Origin: Geosiphon pyriformis uo1
Lineage: Eukaryota > Fungi > Glomeromycota
Direction: 5' to 3'
DNA length: 64,000 nucleotides
NCBI GenBank assembly: GCA_016748015.1
Contig: JAAOMT010000571.1
Span: 995,095 to 1,059,094 of the forward strand
The position numbers and the translations under genes were made by a program. The first letter of the stretch is position 1. Each line of letters begins with the position of its first letter. Below are positions 36,401-49,394 of the stretch, in pieces. The notes below the pieces were generated by a model. The model had not been told where the DNA came from. It made no database searches and saw only the letters and a list, made by a program, of their open reading frames with translations.

Positions 36401-39400
36401 AATGTCATTTTATATTCCTTTGTTGAAGAAAGTTTCTCCACAGACTATATATGGTGTATTATCCCATTTTCCCACTTGTTTTGGTCTTCCAAAACATTCA
36501 ACATGGCATGTGTGGTAATAGAACTTGGTTGCCATCTGATATTCTTTATCATCGCCACAGCATGCGCCCATTGATGACAATTTCTTGCCACAATCAACAC
36601 ATATCAGTTTGGGTTGGTAATAAGTCGATGATTGTTGTTAACCGTAGGTGTATGGGATATAAGTGTTGTTGGCTTGAGTGTTTTCTTCTTCCTTCTCTTT
36701 CCCTTTTTTCTTTTCTTTTTTCCACTCCCAACTTGATGGTTCTTCCTGTTCATTGTTGGTCCAGGTCAAATCGTCTGTTTCCTAGATCAGTTCCTCTTTT
36801 TGCTTTCCCTTAGGGTTGTCATTCTATGAGAGTATTGGTGGTAGTTCATTGTGGTCAGCATTGGCCCAGGAGACTTGGTAAGCTTCCCAGGTAGGTTTTT
36901 CTTTCTCCTCCTCCAGTTTGATCAATAGTTTTTCTCTTGGAGGAGTTTTAAAATGGCCACACATGGCCGGTACACATATGTGTCAGTTCTGATATGTTAG
37001 CTGAAGTTCCTGGGTGTTCCAGTCTAATGTCGCATTAACTTTGAATAGCCAGTCATTACCAACAAGAGCTTGGTATTGAGTGGCTTCTATCACTAGAACT
37101 TTAATGGGAGTCATGATACCATTGACTTTGAAAGAAAAGTTGCCGATTTTGCTGATTGGAGTTTTGGTTGCTTCATCGGCTGTAATGATTCTGGCGCTGG
37201 CAGCTTGATCAACTCGGCAACCTAATTGATTCATGAGTTGTCATGTGATGATGCTGCCTGTTGAACTGCTGTTAAGGATTAATTTAATGGATTGTCCCTC
37301 AACTTTGGCATCAGTGTACATCGTGGTAATTGGTTTGGCTTCAAGAGCAGCTCCACTAAATAATAGCATTGTGATTGTTTCCTCGAATTTGAATGGGAAT
37401 ATAGCAGCCAAAAACTCATCTTCAGTGATGGTAATGGGTGAGATATTACTGGTGAGTGGTTGTTTTTGGACAAATGCCAGATTATTGGTTAGAGCGTCTT
37501 TTGGGGTGACCAGAAGACTTAAATAGTTCTGGGAATTTGGGTTCTAGAGTTGACCAGCACCCAAATTCCTCTGGTGTAATCTAGATGGTTGCTGTGAAGA
37601 ACTGGAGATTGGTTGATGGATTACCATTGCCGATCTCCAGCTCTGTTAAGTCATTCTCAGTCTTTGGGTTCTGTTGAGTGGTAAGCTTTGGGGTGGTATT
37701 TGAATTTGTTGGGGTTGATAGATTATTTGTGGCTGCAGTTGTTGATAAATTACTTGTGGCTGTGGTTAATAGATTGAAGCTTGATACACCAGAGATTGAT
37801 AGACTGATGACTGCGTCACTGGTAGGTAAACGGGTTGGTTTTAATTTGGGTACTAATTCGGAGTTTGAAACCAGCGATCGGGGTTTTGATATTGGTTTTC
37901 CAATCATTGGTTATTTAAATGCTAGTGACAGTCAATTTGGATATGTTCTTGTTTACCACAATAGTGGCAGATACGTGTTTCCTGTTGCCACTGTTGATTG
38001 GTCGATGAAGATGGACGTGGCTGATTTTGGGCACGATTAGAGTTTCCTTGATTATTGCGTCGTTGTAGAGGCTGATAAATGGTGTGATTGTCAGTTAAGT
38101 ATTCTTTTAATCTCTTATTAATTGATTCACTGAACTTCTCCAATTTGGAATCCAATTCAGATGATCCATTTATTACTAGATTAATGGCTTGAGCATGATT
38201 AGCCTCTGACTTAGTGGATTCAAAATCTCTGGTGCATGTGACTGCATCTTGAAGGGTGTCTAGATGCAATAGACGTATATATTACAAGATGCTACTGCAC
38301 AGGCCATGGATAAATTGGTTGAGTATCTGTGGGGCTGTGAAATAGTTGGCATCAATTGCTTGAATTTGGCGCAGGTTTTAATGGAAGCGTCCCAAGTAAG
38401 TGGTGACCATTTCAGTTTTTTCTTGTTTCATAGTGGTGAATGTATTGACTAGGCAATTGATGCTGTTATTGTTGCTGAAGTATCTTAGGAATTCCACTTT
38501 GAAGACATTGAAATCTTGTGGTTTATTAACCAAGCTCTAATACCATGAATTGGCAGTATCCTTGAGAAAGTAGGAAATGGCTTGCATTGCTTGGGCGTCA
38601 TTCCATCCATTGGCTGTGATGGCCTTTTCTACATCATTTAGCCATTCTTGAGCATCATCCTCTTTGCCAGTAAAATTGTCAAGTTTTGCAATTGGTGCAT
38701 AGGCCATTGGATCTAAGTTAGGTGGTTGTGGTGGCTGTTGAAGCAGTTGTTGTTGTACTGATTGTTGAGGTGGTAGTTGAAGTGGCTGTTGTATAAGTTT
38801 GGCTATAAGATTAATCAGCAGTTAATCAATGACGATTACCAGAGGTAAGTTTTGCTGATTAATTAATTCAGGATTTGAATTATTCTGCCTTTAATGATTT
38901 GAAGTTTCGATTTTTGAATTTTCTAGATTTTGATTTTGCTGAGTTTGAAAATTCAGGGTTTCAACTTCCAGGTTTTTAGTGATCGGGTGCTGGTAAGTGA
39001 ATTCTTGATTCTTTGATTCTTCTTCCTCTTTTTCTGATTCTGCTGTTTCCTATGGATCAGAGATTCCAAAATCTGGTAGAGGCGGTGGTGATTGAAGTCC
39101 TGATGGGGTTGATGATTGTGAATTAAATCCCTCAAAGTATTTGCTGTATGGTCCTAATAATTCTGTTTTTCTTTGTCTACTTTGGAATAGGAATTGTCTA
39201 AATGCTGATGTTGCAGTTGATGAGAACATGTCTGTTGATAAAATGTTGATAGCACTTTCAGGTATATAGTGGTAGGATGAGTTGCTTGGAGATTCAATTC
39301 TGTTTTTCTTTCAAGTAGGTGGCTGTATTTTTCTGAGTGTTACTGCTGGTGTTTGTAATTTTTCCTTGCCTTTACTAGCGTATGTAATTGGATATCTTTG

Positions 39401-39688
39401 TTGAGTGTGGTGTTCAATTTCTTTGTTAATCTCAGTAATGATAGATATGAAATTATGATTTGTTGACAGGTTGGTGTTTTGAATTAACTCCCTATAGAAA
39501 TTTTCTCTTGCTGATTCAGTATTCACTGGTGTTTCTAATAAAGAGGAAATCTTTTCATTGACATAGAAATTGAAGGCTGATTTGGTAGATATATGATTGT
39601 GGTTTAATCCCAAGTATTGACAATAGTATTGAAATAAGGATTTTGCGAATTCTAAATGGTTTGCTCCTATATTTTCTGATTCTGCCAC
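33488..39688 (-). pseudogene. Element D gag-pol
   Basis: GTG start, CHYCGKQEHIQIDC, protease, Cys-rich domain, dUTPase (DAGFDL), RT, RNase H ending LRIRQI*. Confidence 0.88.
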
Positions 39689-39750
39689 TTTTGGTTTGGT
39701 GTTGTCGGTATTGGTTCTTTGTAGGATTATACCTCACAGAAAGCACCAAA

Positions 39751-40585
39751 TGTTACAAGTGATTATTTCTGCTGTTGAATTAAATAACAAACCCCTAACT
39801 TGGTGCTCAAAAGCTACTTCCATGGATGAAATTTTACAAGTGTTGTATCTAAAGGTTTTGATGGAGTCTTTTGTATAATGGACAGAGATTCAATAGGGTC
39901 GATAGTAGATGTATCTTTTCAAGAGTTTTTCCAATTTTTTTCTCAGCATGGTGGCCGGATTTAGTCTGGCAGTCGTGTCTTTCTGGTAAGCTATCCAATA
40001 ATATATAAAATCCTACCCTTATTTCTGGGTCTTTTACCAGGCTATCCTTGATGTCAATAACTTAGCACTTAATTTTTTTAATCAATTAATATACAACAAC
40101 AAAATCAAAGAAAGAAAGAAAATAAAATAAAGAAAATAAAAATAAAGAAAATAAAGAAAATAAGCCAAGGCAATTTGGTACATTAGTATCTCGTCAATAG
40201 CCATGATCAAAAGCTATTGTTCCAGCATAGTTAAGTATCAATTACTATCAACATGAAGTGTTGATAATAGAGAGTGGATTAAGATATGGAATAATTATTT
40301 ATTTGATGATTGGGAACTGAAATGTTGCTTAGATTAAATCTAAACTGAGAGGTCTGTCTTTTCAGCTTCTAATCCTATTACTATATATACATAATTGAGA
40401 TTCCTCAATTTTTCAATTCTTTGTGACAGGAATTCTGCAATTCCTCGTCGGGGAATTCTGAAATTCCTGGAATCCTGCAATTCCTCTGAAAAAAATTCTG
40501 GAATTCCACATTTACTATGTCTACCTCTAATTGGCTAATATCTACTGACTAATAATACTATATTTCCTATATTCTATGAGTAACA
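39751..40585 (-). repeat. 5' LTR of element D (835 bp; deletion in the GGAATTC array)
   Basis: TGTTACA...GAGTAACA; PBS adjacent. Confidence 0.92.
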
Positions 40586-41000
40586 ATGTTCTAATTAAGA
40601 TTTTCTTAACTATCACAGCCCAATTTGAATATCCAACAAATTTTTTGAAATTAATATTTACTAAGATCTATATATCTTTAGCCTTTTCAGAAACCTGTAA
40701 TAAACTTGATTCAGAAGTGAATATTTTTTAATAATCTTAACAAATTTAGAAAGAGTAAATGTCTTCTTAAAAACATTAATTTATAAAAATAATTTTTTAA
40801 CTACAGTGCACTTTTTTTGAAATATTTTTTCAATATCTTTATTCAATTCAATATTTAAAACAAAAGACTTTTTAACAGACACATTGATTAAATTTTTTAG
40901 AAAAGAGAAAAAACACCAAGAGAATATTCAAAAAATATTATTGTTATTATTCAAGAAGTTGATTTTTTTTAATGGTTTTTTCAGAACTTTTTTGGTCTTA
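40586..41000 (-). pseudogene. Decayed ORF relic, probably LINE ORF1 (upstream piece)
   Basis: Reads ...KKLFL*INVFKKTFTLSKF...FTSESSLLQVSEKA...NWAVIVKKILIRT and joins 30455 in frame; upstream limit approximate. Confidence 0.45.
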
Positions 41001-42082
41001 ACCTGCAGACTTTTTAGCATTTAGTTAAATTTTTTTTTATTAAAAGCAATACTTTTATCATAATTAACACTAGTCTTCTTTACCAAATACTTTTTTTTTT
41101 ATATTAATACTATTGAATTTAATAGTATTATTAGTTTTAGAGTTCTAAGATTAACTACTCAAAGTCTTAACAGAAAGTACTTTGTTTTTAATATTATCTT
41201 TTAATATATCATCTTTTTTTTTTAAAGAGAACTTGTTTGCTATTATTATTAATGTTAGAATTTTTAATAAACTTTTTTATAACAGCAATACTTAGATCAT
41301 TAATAGTCTTATAATTAAACAAAAAAAGTTTAAATTTATCATTCTAAATAATTAAAAAATTTCTTCTTAAAAAAATGTATTCTTTAATAAGTTTTCAGGT
41401 ATAAGAAAGAAAAAATTTTTTTTATAACATATTTAAAATTTAAAAAAAAAGTTTTATTAAAAACTAAAAAATATAAAAAACAAATATATATAATTTTAAA
41501 AATATATATAATTAAAATTAATAATAATAATAATAACAATATTAAAATGAAATAGAATTAATAAGTACTTAATATATAGCTAAATAAGTATTTAAAGAAT
41601 TTTTTTTAGGTTTTATTAAATAAAACTGTTTTTTAAAATATTATTATTCATAAAATAATCTGAAAATAAGTAATAATTAAATATAATATAAATTAACTAA
41701 TAATAAAATAAAAATTTATCAAATTATATAATATTAAAAATTATAAAAATACCAAAAATTTTAGCAATAAATTAAGAAAAGTTTAAAAATTATTAGAAAT
41801 CTTAAAAGTTTTGTATTATAAAAATTAATGTATATATAATAATATTATTATTAGAAACAAAAAAAAACAATAAAAATTTAATTTAATTCTTATTAAAAAA
41901 TTTTAATGATCAAAAATCTAATATTTAAAGTAAATAATTTTTTAATAAAACTATTTTAATTAAATATTACTTAATTTTTATAAATTATTTTATTAAAATT
42001 TACTTATATTAAATTAATATTAATATTATTAATATTACATTACTTATAATATTAAAATAATAATTCTTAATTATAATTATTT

Positions 42083-43984
42083 GCAGATCTTTAGTTAATG
42101 CCCTCACTATCCTTTGCTTTTCTCTTTTCATATTAATATCAATCTTTCAGATAATTTTTTGGCTGGCATTGTCCAGATTTTTTTGGAATATGATCTTTCT
42201 CTGGGTGGTCTTGTAACCAATGCTTTTTATTTTCAAAACAGAATCTCTATGTCTGTTGTTTTTGGTGAGCCCATCTTTTATAAATGTGTTTTTTCACTTC
42301 AGTGTTATGGAATTGCTTTTGTTGAACAGCTTTGCAATTGTACTGGTTTTGTTTTCGAATAGAAAACTTTCAAATAGTGAAAAAGATTGGACTTTCAAGA
42401 CCCAGTTTCTCATTGGTTTGATGTTTTTGTTTGTTTTCTGAATGATTCTGGGTTATTTTCTGTTTGCAATCTTCTGTTGCCAGATGTTGGTTTGTTTAAT
42501 ATTCTTGAGTTTTATGAGTTTGAAGTTGTGTGTGATCATCTGTTGGAAGTTAATTCCAGTCATCTTTCTTTGTTTATGGATGGTTCTTTAAGTAGGCTAG
42601 ATACTCTTGGTATGAAAGCTAGTGCTGCTGTTTTTTTTAAGGACATTGATTTGAGTTTGGGTCTAGAAGTGTCTGAGTTGGTTTTTTCTACTATGGTAAA
42701 GTTGCAGGCTATTGTTCTGGCTTTTAAGTATATTCCTTCTTCTTGTTCAGTCAACTTGTTTTTGGACAGCCAGGCTGCTTTGGATGTATGCAAATCAGAA
42801 TTCATGTTGACTTATCCAAATTTTAGGAATCGGTGTTGGATCAAGTGTTACCATATTGCTAATGTCATTCATTATAAGAATTTGGATGTTAATTGGGTTA
42901 AAATTAGAAATCACTCTGGTGTCTTGAATAATGAGCATGCTGATGCTTTTGCTGGAACTGCTGCATTCTTTAATATGTATCTTTCTTATGTAATCAATGA
43001 ATATTTTCTTAGGGCTGATAGTACTACAGTATTTGGTAATTCTAAGCATTTTGTTCGTGGTGTTTTCCGATCCATTCACTGTGTGTGCTAGGAGATTGGT
43101 TCTGGTTTCTGGGTCTTAGTAGATAGCCTGCGTGCTGATGTTGATTGGTTCAGATCTTCTTTGGTGTGGCATCTAGACTTTTATTTGGCTGCTGGTTTCA
43201 CTAGTACTCAGACTGCTGGCTTTTGAACATATTTTATGAAGGCATTGTATCATTATCTTCCGATTGCTGTATGTAAGTGTCTTTATAATAGAAGTTATCC
43301 CAGTGTAATATGTCTATTTTGCAGCAATGTTGAGATCTCAAACCATGTATTTTCTTGCTCATTTGATGCTACTGGTTGTGCTTGGTTGGTGGAAATTTAT
43401 GTATCTACTTGGAAGGTATGCTTGAGTTTGTTTTGCTCTTTTTTGTGCATTTCATGGTTGCTTTCTACTTGCATCTCTAATGTTGTTGTTAGTGCAGCTC
43501 TGTGTAAGGGCTTTGTTTTTAAGGAGTAATATCATGAATCTGTTACTGTTTTTAAAAACTCTAAGATTGTGGCTTAGAATATTGTGACCTTTGTACATAA
43601 GTTTTGTTTTGCATTTCATAATGATGTTTGGCTAGTACGTGCTAAGTACTGGGCTGTTATGGAGAAAGGTGGCATAATTTTGCATAATGGTTTTGTTTCT
43701 GTTTCAATCTCTGGTTTTTCTTTGGTGCTTTTAGCTGGTGTGATTAGGTTGTTGGGTATTATAGATGTATTTAGTGTTAGTTTTGGGTTTTGTAAATCTT
43801 GTTTATTCTTTTCAGGTATAGATAATATGGTTTTAGTACATATAAGTGCCTAGTATTGTTTTGACTAGCCTGAGTGGCTGGTCACATGTAGAAAATGCAT
43901 GATTCACACCTAGTTTAAATTATTTGTATGATGTATTGTATTAGGTAGTGTTTGGACTTCATTTGTTAAAATTGAAAAAAAAAA
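42083..43984 (+). mobile_element. 5'-truncated non-LTR retrotransposon (LINE) 3' end with RNase H, CCHC motif, 3' UTR and A-tail; decayed
   Basis: RNase H motifs LFMDGS, KLQAI, FLDSQAAL, WVKIRNHSGVLNNEHAD; CLFCSNVEISNHVFSC; A-run at 43975-43984. Confidence 0.8.
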
Positions 43985-46200
43985 TAATAATAATTATTAA
44001 TAAAATATTGGTTTCTATTTTTTAAAATTTTTTGTTGTGTTTACTTGTTTACTAATTAATTAAAAAAAGTATTAAAATTATTATATTAAGAATTATTTGA
44101 TAAAAAACATAAAAAATAGCATAAAAAATAGTTAAAAAATTAAGATTGCTTATTAAAAAAATAAAAAATATTAGAATAAAGATATTATATTAAAAAAATT
44201 AAATATTAAATGTTATTAATTATTAATAATATTTTTGTTTATTATATAAAAAATTTAACTAGCTAAAATTTTCAAATAATTAAAATTTTTAAATTGTTAT
44301 TATTATTATAATTAAATTATAATATTAAATTATAATATTAATATAATTTAAACTTAATTATAATAATATTAATTAAATAAAAAATTTTATTAACTAATAA
44401 TAACTAATTTTATATATTATTATATAATTTAATTTATTTGGTTAAGTAAAATTATTTTATTATTTTTTAAAAATATATTTTACAAATACTTTAAAAATAT
44501 TAAATATTGTATTATTATTGAATTTTTCAATATATATATTATATAATATATAAAAAATATTATATGTTTATATTATTTATTAAAAAACAATTTTAAATTA
44601 TTTTATTTTTAAACTTTTATTTTTATATAAAAACATGTTTAAAAGATTACTTATTTAATAATTTTGTTTTTTTTATAATATACTCTAGTACTTTAAAATG
44701 TAATTTTTTTAAAAAAAAAACAAAAATAAAATAATTATTGGTTTAAAGCATTTTTTTATAAAAAAATCTGTTATTTTTATTAAAAATGCATTTTTTATTA
44801 AAAATTCTTTTAAATTACACATTTTTTATTATGTCAAAATAAAAAAAACAAAGTAAATACTGCTTTAATTATTATTATTTAAACAAATATAGCCCAGTTG
44901 CTATCTAATATTGCTTTAAATATTAAAAATTTACTTTATTTACAAAAAAATTTAATTACATAATAAATTTTTATAAAAAATATATTAATTTATAAATCTT
45001 ATTAAAAACTATTTAATAATATATTATATTTATTTGTTTTTTATTTGACAATTAAGTTTTTTTGTTATTTTTTATTTTTTTATAAATTTATTTAAAGTAT
45101 ACATAATATTTTTTAAAAGTAAATTAATTAATATAATAAAAAATTTAATTTCTTGTTTTTTAAAACATTTTTTAATATGTTTATTATTATTAAATTATTA
45201 ATAATATATTTTTTTAAATATTTAAGTGTTTTTATATTTAATTTTTAAATAATTTATAGTTATTTTAAACTAAATTTTGTTTTTTATAATTGGTTGGTTA
45301 CATGTAACAAATACATAAATCATATTTAATTTAGAATTCTAAATAGTTGTATTGTATTAAATAGTAATTAAGCCTTACTTGTAATTAAATTTTATAATAT
45401 TTTAAACAATAATTAAGTCAATATATAATATTATAAATAATTTATTTAAATAAAATACTATAATTTTTATTTATGTAATATTAGTTTTTAAAAATTTTAT
45501 TAATTTTAAAGATCTTTATTGTATTTAAAAATTTTATTAATTTATTTTTTAATATGTATTTATTTTACAGCTTTTTAAAAATTAATGTTAATAATAATAT
45601 ATAATATTAATAATTGTTTTTAACTATATTTAAATTAATTTATACTAATTAATTATAATTAATAATATTTAATATTGTTTTTTTGTTTTTTTGGTAGGTT
45701 AACAATTTTTAATAAAATTAATTTTAATGTGTTTTTTTTTATTAAATTATTATAATATTAAATTACTTTGTTATAACAGTTAAATTACCAAATTGTTTCT
45801 GTACTTTTTTTGGTTTTTTTAAATTAATTACAAATTTCTAAAAAAAATAAATTTAGTAAAATAAAAAACAAAAAAATTAGTATTTTATCAATTATTATAA
45901 TTAAGAACAATTGGTTTAGATTATTAAAATCTTAAAAATATTATGTAATTTAAATTTGGCTTTAAATAATAAAAAGTAAGTAAATTTTCAATAACCAGAA
46001 AAAAAGATTTAATTTATTAGTTTTTTCATTTTAAAATTTTTTTTTATTTAATTTAAAAAAACAAAAATAGATTCTTCTGTTTTAATATTAATAAAAACAA
46101 AAACATTTTAATAATAAGATTAAGAAATATTTTTTCTTTAAGTTAAAACTATATATATATATATATATATTGTTTTACAAAATAGCTTTTAAAAGATTTG
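43985..46200. other. Extremely AT-rich decayed-repeat tract (also ~41400-42080)
   Basis: G/C nearly absent; no ORFs; contains a mutated LINE 3' UTR copy near 45290-45390. Confidence 0.75.
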
Positions 46201-47121
46201 ATATTTCTGCTATTTCTTATATTATTCTGCTATCATTGGTTATAGTTTGTTATTTCAGAATATTTGATGTTATTTGATGTTATTAGTAGCTATTTTGCAT
46301 TATTGCTAATTATCTTGTATTATTACATGTTATACTCCATTATTACATATTATCCTCTATTATTACATGTTAATCATGTTTTTTTCTGTGATTAATCAGT
46401 TTTTTTACTTGGGTAACAACGGTTCAGATTTTATGAAGTGTTAGTATTGGAGATTATTTATTGGTTTCTAGTGGTTGATTGCCAATTTTGTGTATGATCA
46501 ATGGCTTTTGGTCCACGGATATAAAAGAAAAGATTAGTTTCTTTGTTTGAGCCTGTTAAAGTCACATGGTTTTCATAGTGGACTAGGTACTATCTTAAGG
46601 TATTTATTGTCACCTGATATTGAGGCAAAAATTTTTCAGATTCCCTTTTGATGTACCAAACAGATAATATTTGTTAAATGGTAATCTTTTTTTCCGTTTT
46701 TAGACCTCTGGCAATAATAAGCTTCGATTTGATTGCACACATACCTCACATACACGTGTGCGTAGACTTGCATACTTTTCAGGCAACCTTGCTGAGAAAT
46801 TTCGTTAAATACAACATTTTAGGAATATTTTAAATCATCATTACGATCCACTGATTAAGTATTTTTAAAGGGTTTGACGTCTAAAGAATTTTTTCGTTCG
46901 TGCAAACATCACAAATTTCTTATTTTTATTACCTAGCTTTCATGGTAATATTATACCTAAATTATTAGCCTCACACATTAAGATAAAATTATTTCTTTAA
47001 TTAAACAATTATTCAAAACCAAATTTTTATTTCTTTGGGGCAATTTATAAATTTGTCTAAACGCTTGAACAAGGCAGCGATCCAGTGTGATTTTTATTGG
47101 TAAACTATCTAAGGTCTTAAA

Positions 47122-47130
47122 TTATTGTTA

Positions 47131-47175
<45 letters not shown>
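47122..47175. repeat. (TAT)n microsatellite upstream of the KIAA0930-like start codon
   Basis: Direct reading. Confidence 0.95.
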
Positions 47176-47179
<4 letters not shown>

Positions 47180-47215
47180 TTAAAAGTTCCTAATCATATA
47201 ATCATACTAGCAATT

Positions 47216-48989
47216 ATGGCCCAATTACAAGTGATTCTAGACCGTCTAGTGGCAGAAAATTTGCATGGTCCTATTTCAACTACAACAACAACTACTAATC
47301 CATCTACCATGAATCATCCACCCCACCTGTCTCGGAACTTATTAAGAAAGCCCACATCTCATGGTGATTTGTTCTCCATATCTCATCAACGTGAAGATGA
47401 TGATTTAGATGCAAGTGATCCCAGGTATTTTTTTAATGGGAAAGAATGTCTTCATTAACCTTATCCAAAATTCATTCGCACTGATAATATTCTTTATTTG
47501 CTTTAGATGGCCAAGTCTATTCATAGAATATTTTTTAGAGAAAAGTGATGCCAAAAATGACGATTTGTTATTTTTCGTTCGTCAGTCTCACTCCGAGGAG
47601 GAAGACCTAGACCCTGTATTTGTTAAAAGAAAATCTCCACATCCGCATATTATGCCACCTTTAGATGAAGCGGTATTGTGGAAGGAAACATTTTTCTTGA
47701 ATTTAATAGTTCAGGTAACAAGAAATAGAAAAACAATTTTTTTCTTGGAAAATTCTGACCGACGAAAAGTTTAATACCAAATATGCAATCAATTTGGCAA
47801 TCTTTCGAAGTTACCTTGCAAATTAACGGTAGCCGTATGTACTCGGACAACAACGAGTGATGGAGGTACAAGCTCAGATGGAGGTTCAACTCAAAAAACG
47901 AGTATGACATGTTCACGTAAACATGTATCGAAACGAGTTTATGCGCTGCCAACAAGATCCCAAATGGATGTTAAAGAGACATCAATGGAATGTTCTTACC
48001 CTCTTATTTATTATGTTATTGATGATTACGAAGAGATGTTTGAACATTTAATTGTTTCTGAAGGAGAATATTTGTGTGTAGAATTGGCGGTAACCATTCC
48101 TCAAAAGTCAGAGGTGGATGATGACACGGATGAGGATGGAGATAATGAAAGTGAAGAGGATTATTATTCCCATTCCTCTCGACGTAATAATAAAAATCGA
48201 CGATCAATGACCAATGGACCATTCCCCCAAGACTGTAATGATAATAAGATTACACTCTTTCAAGGGGCTGCTTCTTATTCTTCATTGGTTGAAATATATA
48301 AACAAAAAGCCGGAAGTAAATTAAACCGAAGGTTTAAAATGGGACCTGTAACACCCCCTACAGAGTACGTAATGATGCGTGGACCTGGTGCCAAAGGACA
48401 TGCTCAGGTTCGTTATTTTATAACTTTAAATTCTATTAAATTAAACTTATGTATAAAATTCATATTTAAAATTTCCCGAATAAAAAGGTGGCAATAACTG
48501 CATCCTCAATCGAAAAAGATGATATTGATGAATCGACTGATTTATCAGTATCTTTATCACAAGGTTTTTCAGCGGCCAACTCTCTTGGAAGTAATCATTT
48601 TAATACTTGGAATGGTAAAACCCTTCCTAATCATAATCCAATTAACGGTAATAGTGATACTAGTAGTGCTGGTAATAATGCTCATGGGAGAACAATACGA
48701 AGCAATTCCCAAAAGTCAAATCAACCTCAACGTAGCAACACTTCTCCCTCTTTTTTCCAATCTTTAAAGAGGTTATCTCAATTGACAGATAGATCTCCAA
48801 TGAATCCCGAAAGTTTAAAATGTTGTATGACATTTGTAAACGTTCCATGGACGAGTATTGTCAGGTAAAGAATTTACCTTATTGGACTTGAAATTGAAAT
48901 TTCTAATAAGGAATGGTTTCTAATAGTTTATTTAATCTTATCCTCGTAGTGATTTGACAGCATATGCTCGAAAAAAGAATTTATCTTAA
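47216..48989 (+). CDS. KIAA0930-like (DUF2045) protein, 5 exons
   Basis: Exons ~47216-47424, 47507-47714, 47811-48407, 48488-48864, 48950-48989 with GT-AG introns. Motifs DDLLFFVR, WKETFFLNLI, LTVAVC, VYALP..MD.K, YPLIYY.IDDYEEMF, GE.LCVEL, LFQGA, KGHAQVA. Confidence 0.8.
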
Positions 48990-49394
48990 GGTCATGGGTA
49001 TATTCATTCTAATGAGTCATTGTTAGCGGAGCATCGACATATGCATTAATTAAAATAAGATAGTCATAAATTCATAATTTTTGTATTTCTAGTTTAGTTC
49101 TTTATTATAAACAATTTTGGAGGAGAGCCCAGAAAAGTTATCTTGAATTGACCGTGTTCTGAACTTATCATTGTCCCCGAAAAATATGATTGTTCCCATT
49201 CGAATGATATCATACCATGATATATAGATTTTTAAATCGGTGTCCAATAGCGTTCTAAGGAAAGGCTTCAGGAATTTGTGCAAACGCGACACCCGAATCC
49301 TCTTCCCTCCTGAAAAAGCGTACCACTAAGCATAAGAATTACACCTATATCCAAGAACAAACCTTAGTCTCCCCATTTCTCTGGAAACATAAAT

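Larger units (their letters stand above)
30456..40585 (-). mobile_element. Ty3/Gypsy LTR retrotransposon D (family 1, variant LTR), full length
   Basis: LTRs 30456-31347 and 39751-40585; perfect TSD ATGT (30452-30455, 40586-40589); PBS and PPT present. Confidence 0.95.

Noticed and set aside
427-39688. Alternative genetic code explaining the many in-frame stops
   Set aside because: Most stops differ between copies and match C>T/G>A lesions; host genes end at standard stops.
42070-44000. TSD (ATAATTATT-like) around the LINE fragment
   Set aside because: The flanks are too AT-rich for the match to be meaningful.
47087-47215. Poly-tyrosine N-terminus in the ORF track
   Set aside because: It is the translation of a (TAT)n microsatellite upstream of the likely ATG at 47216.
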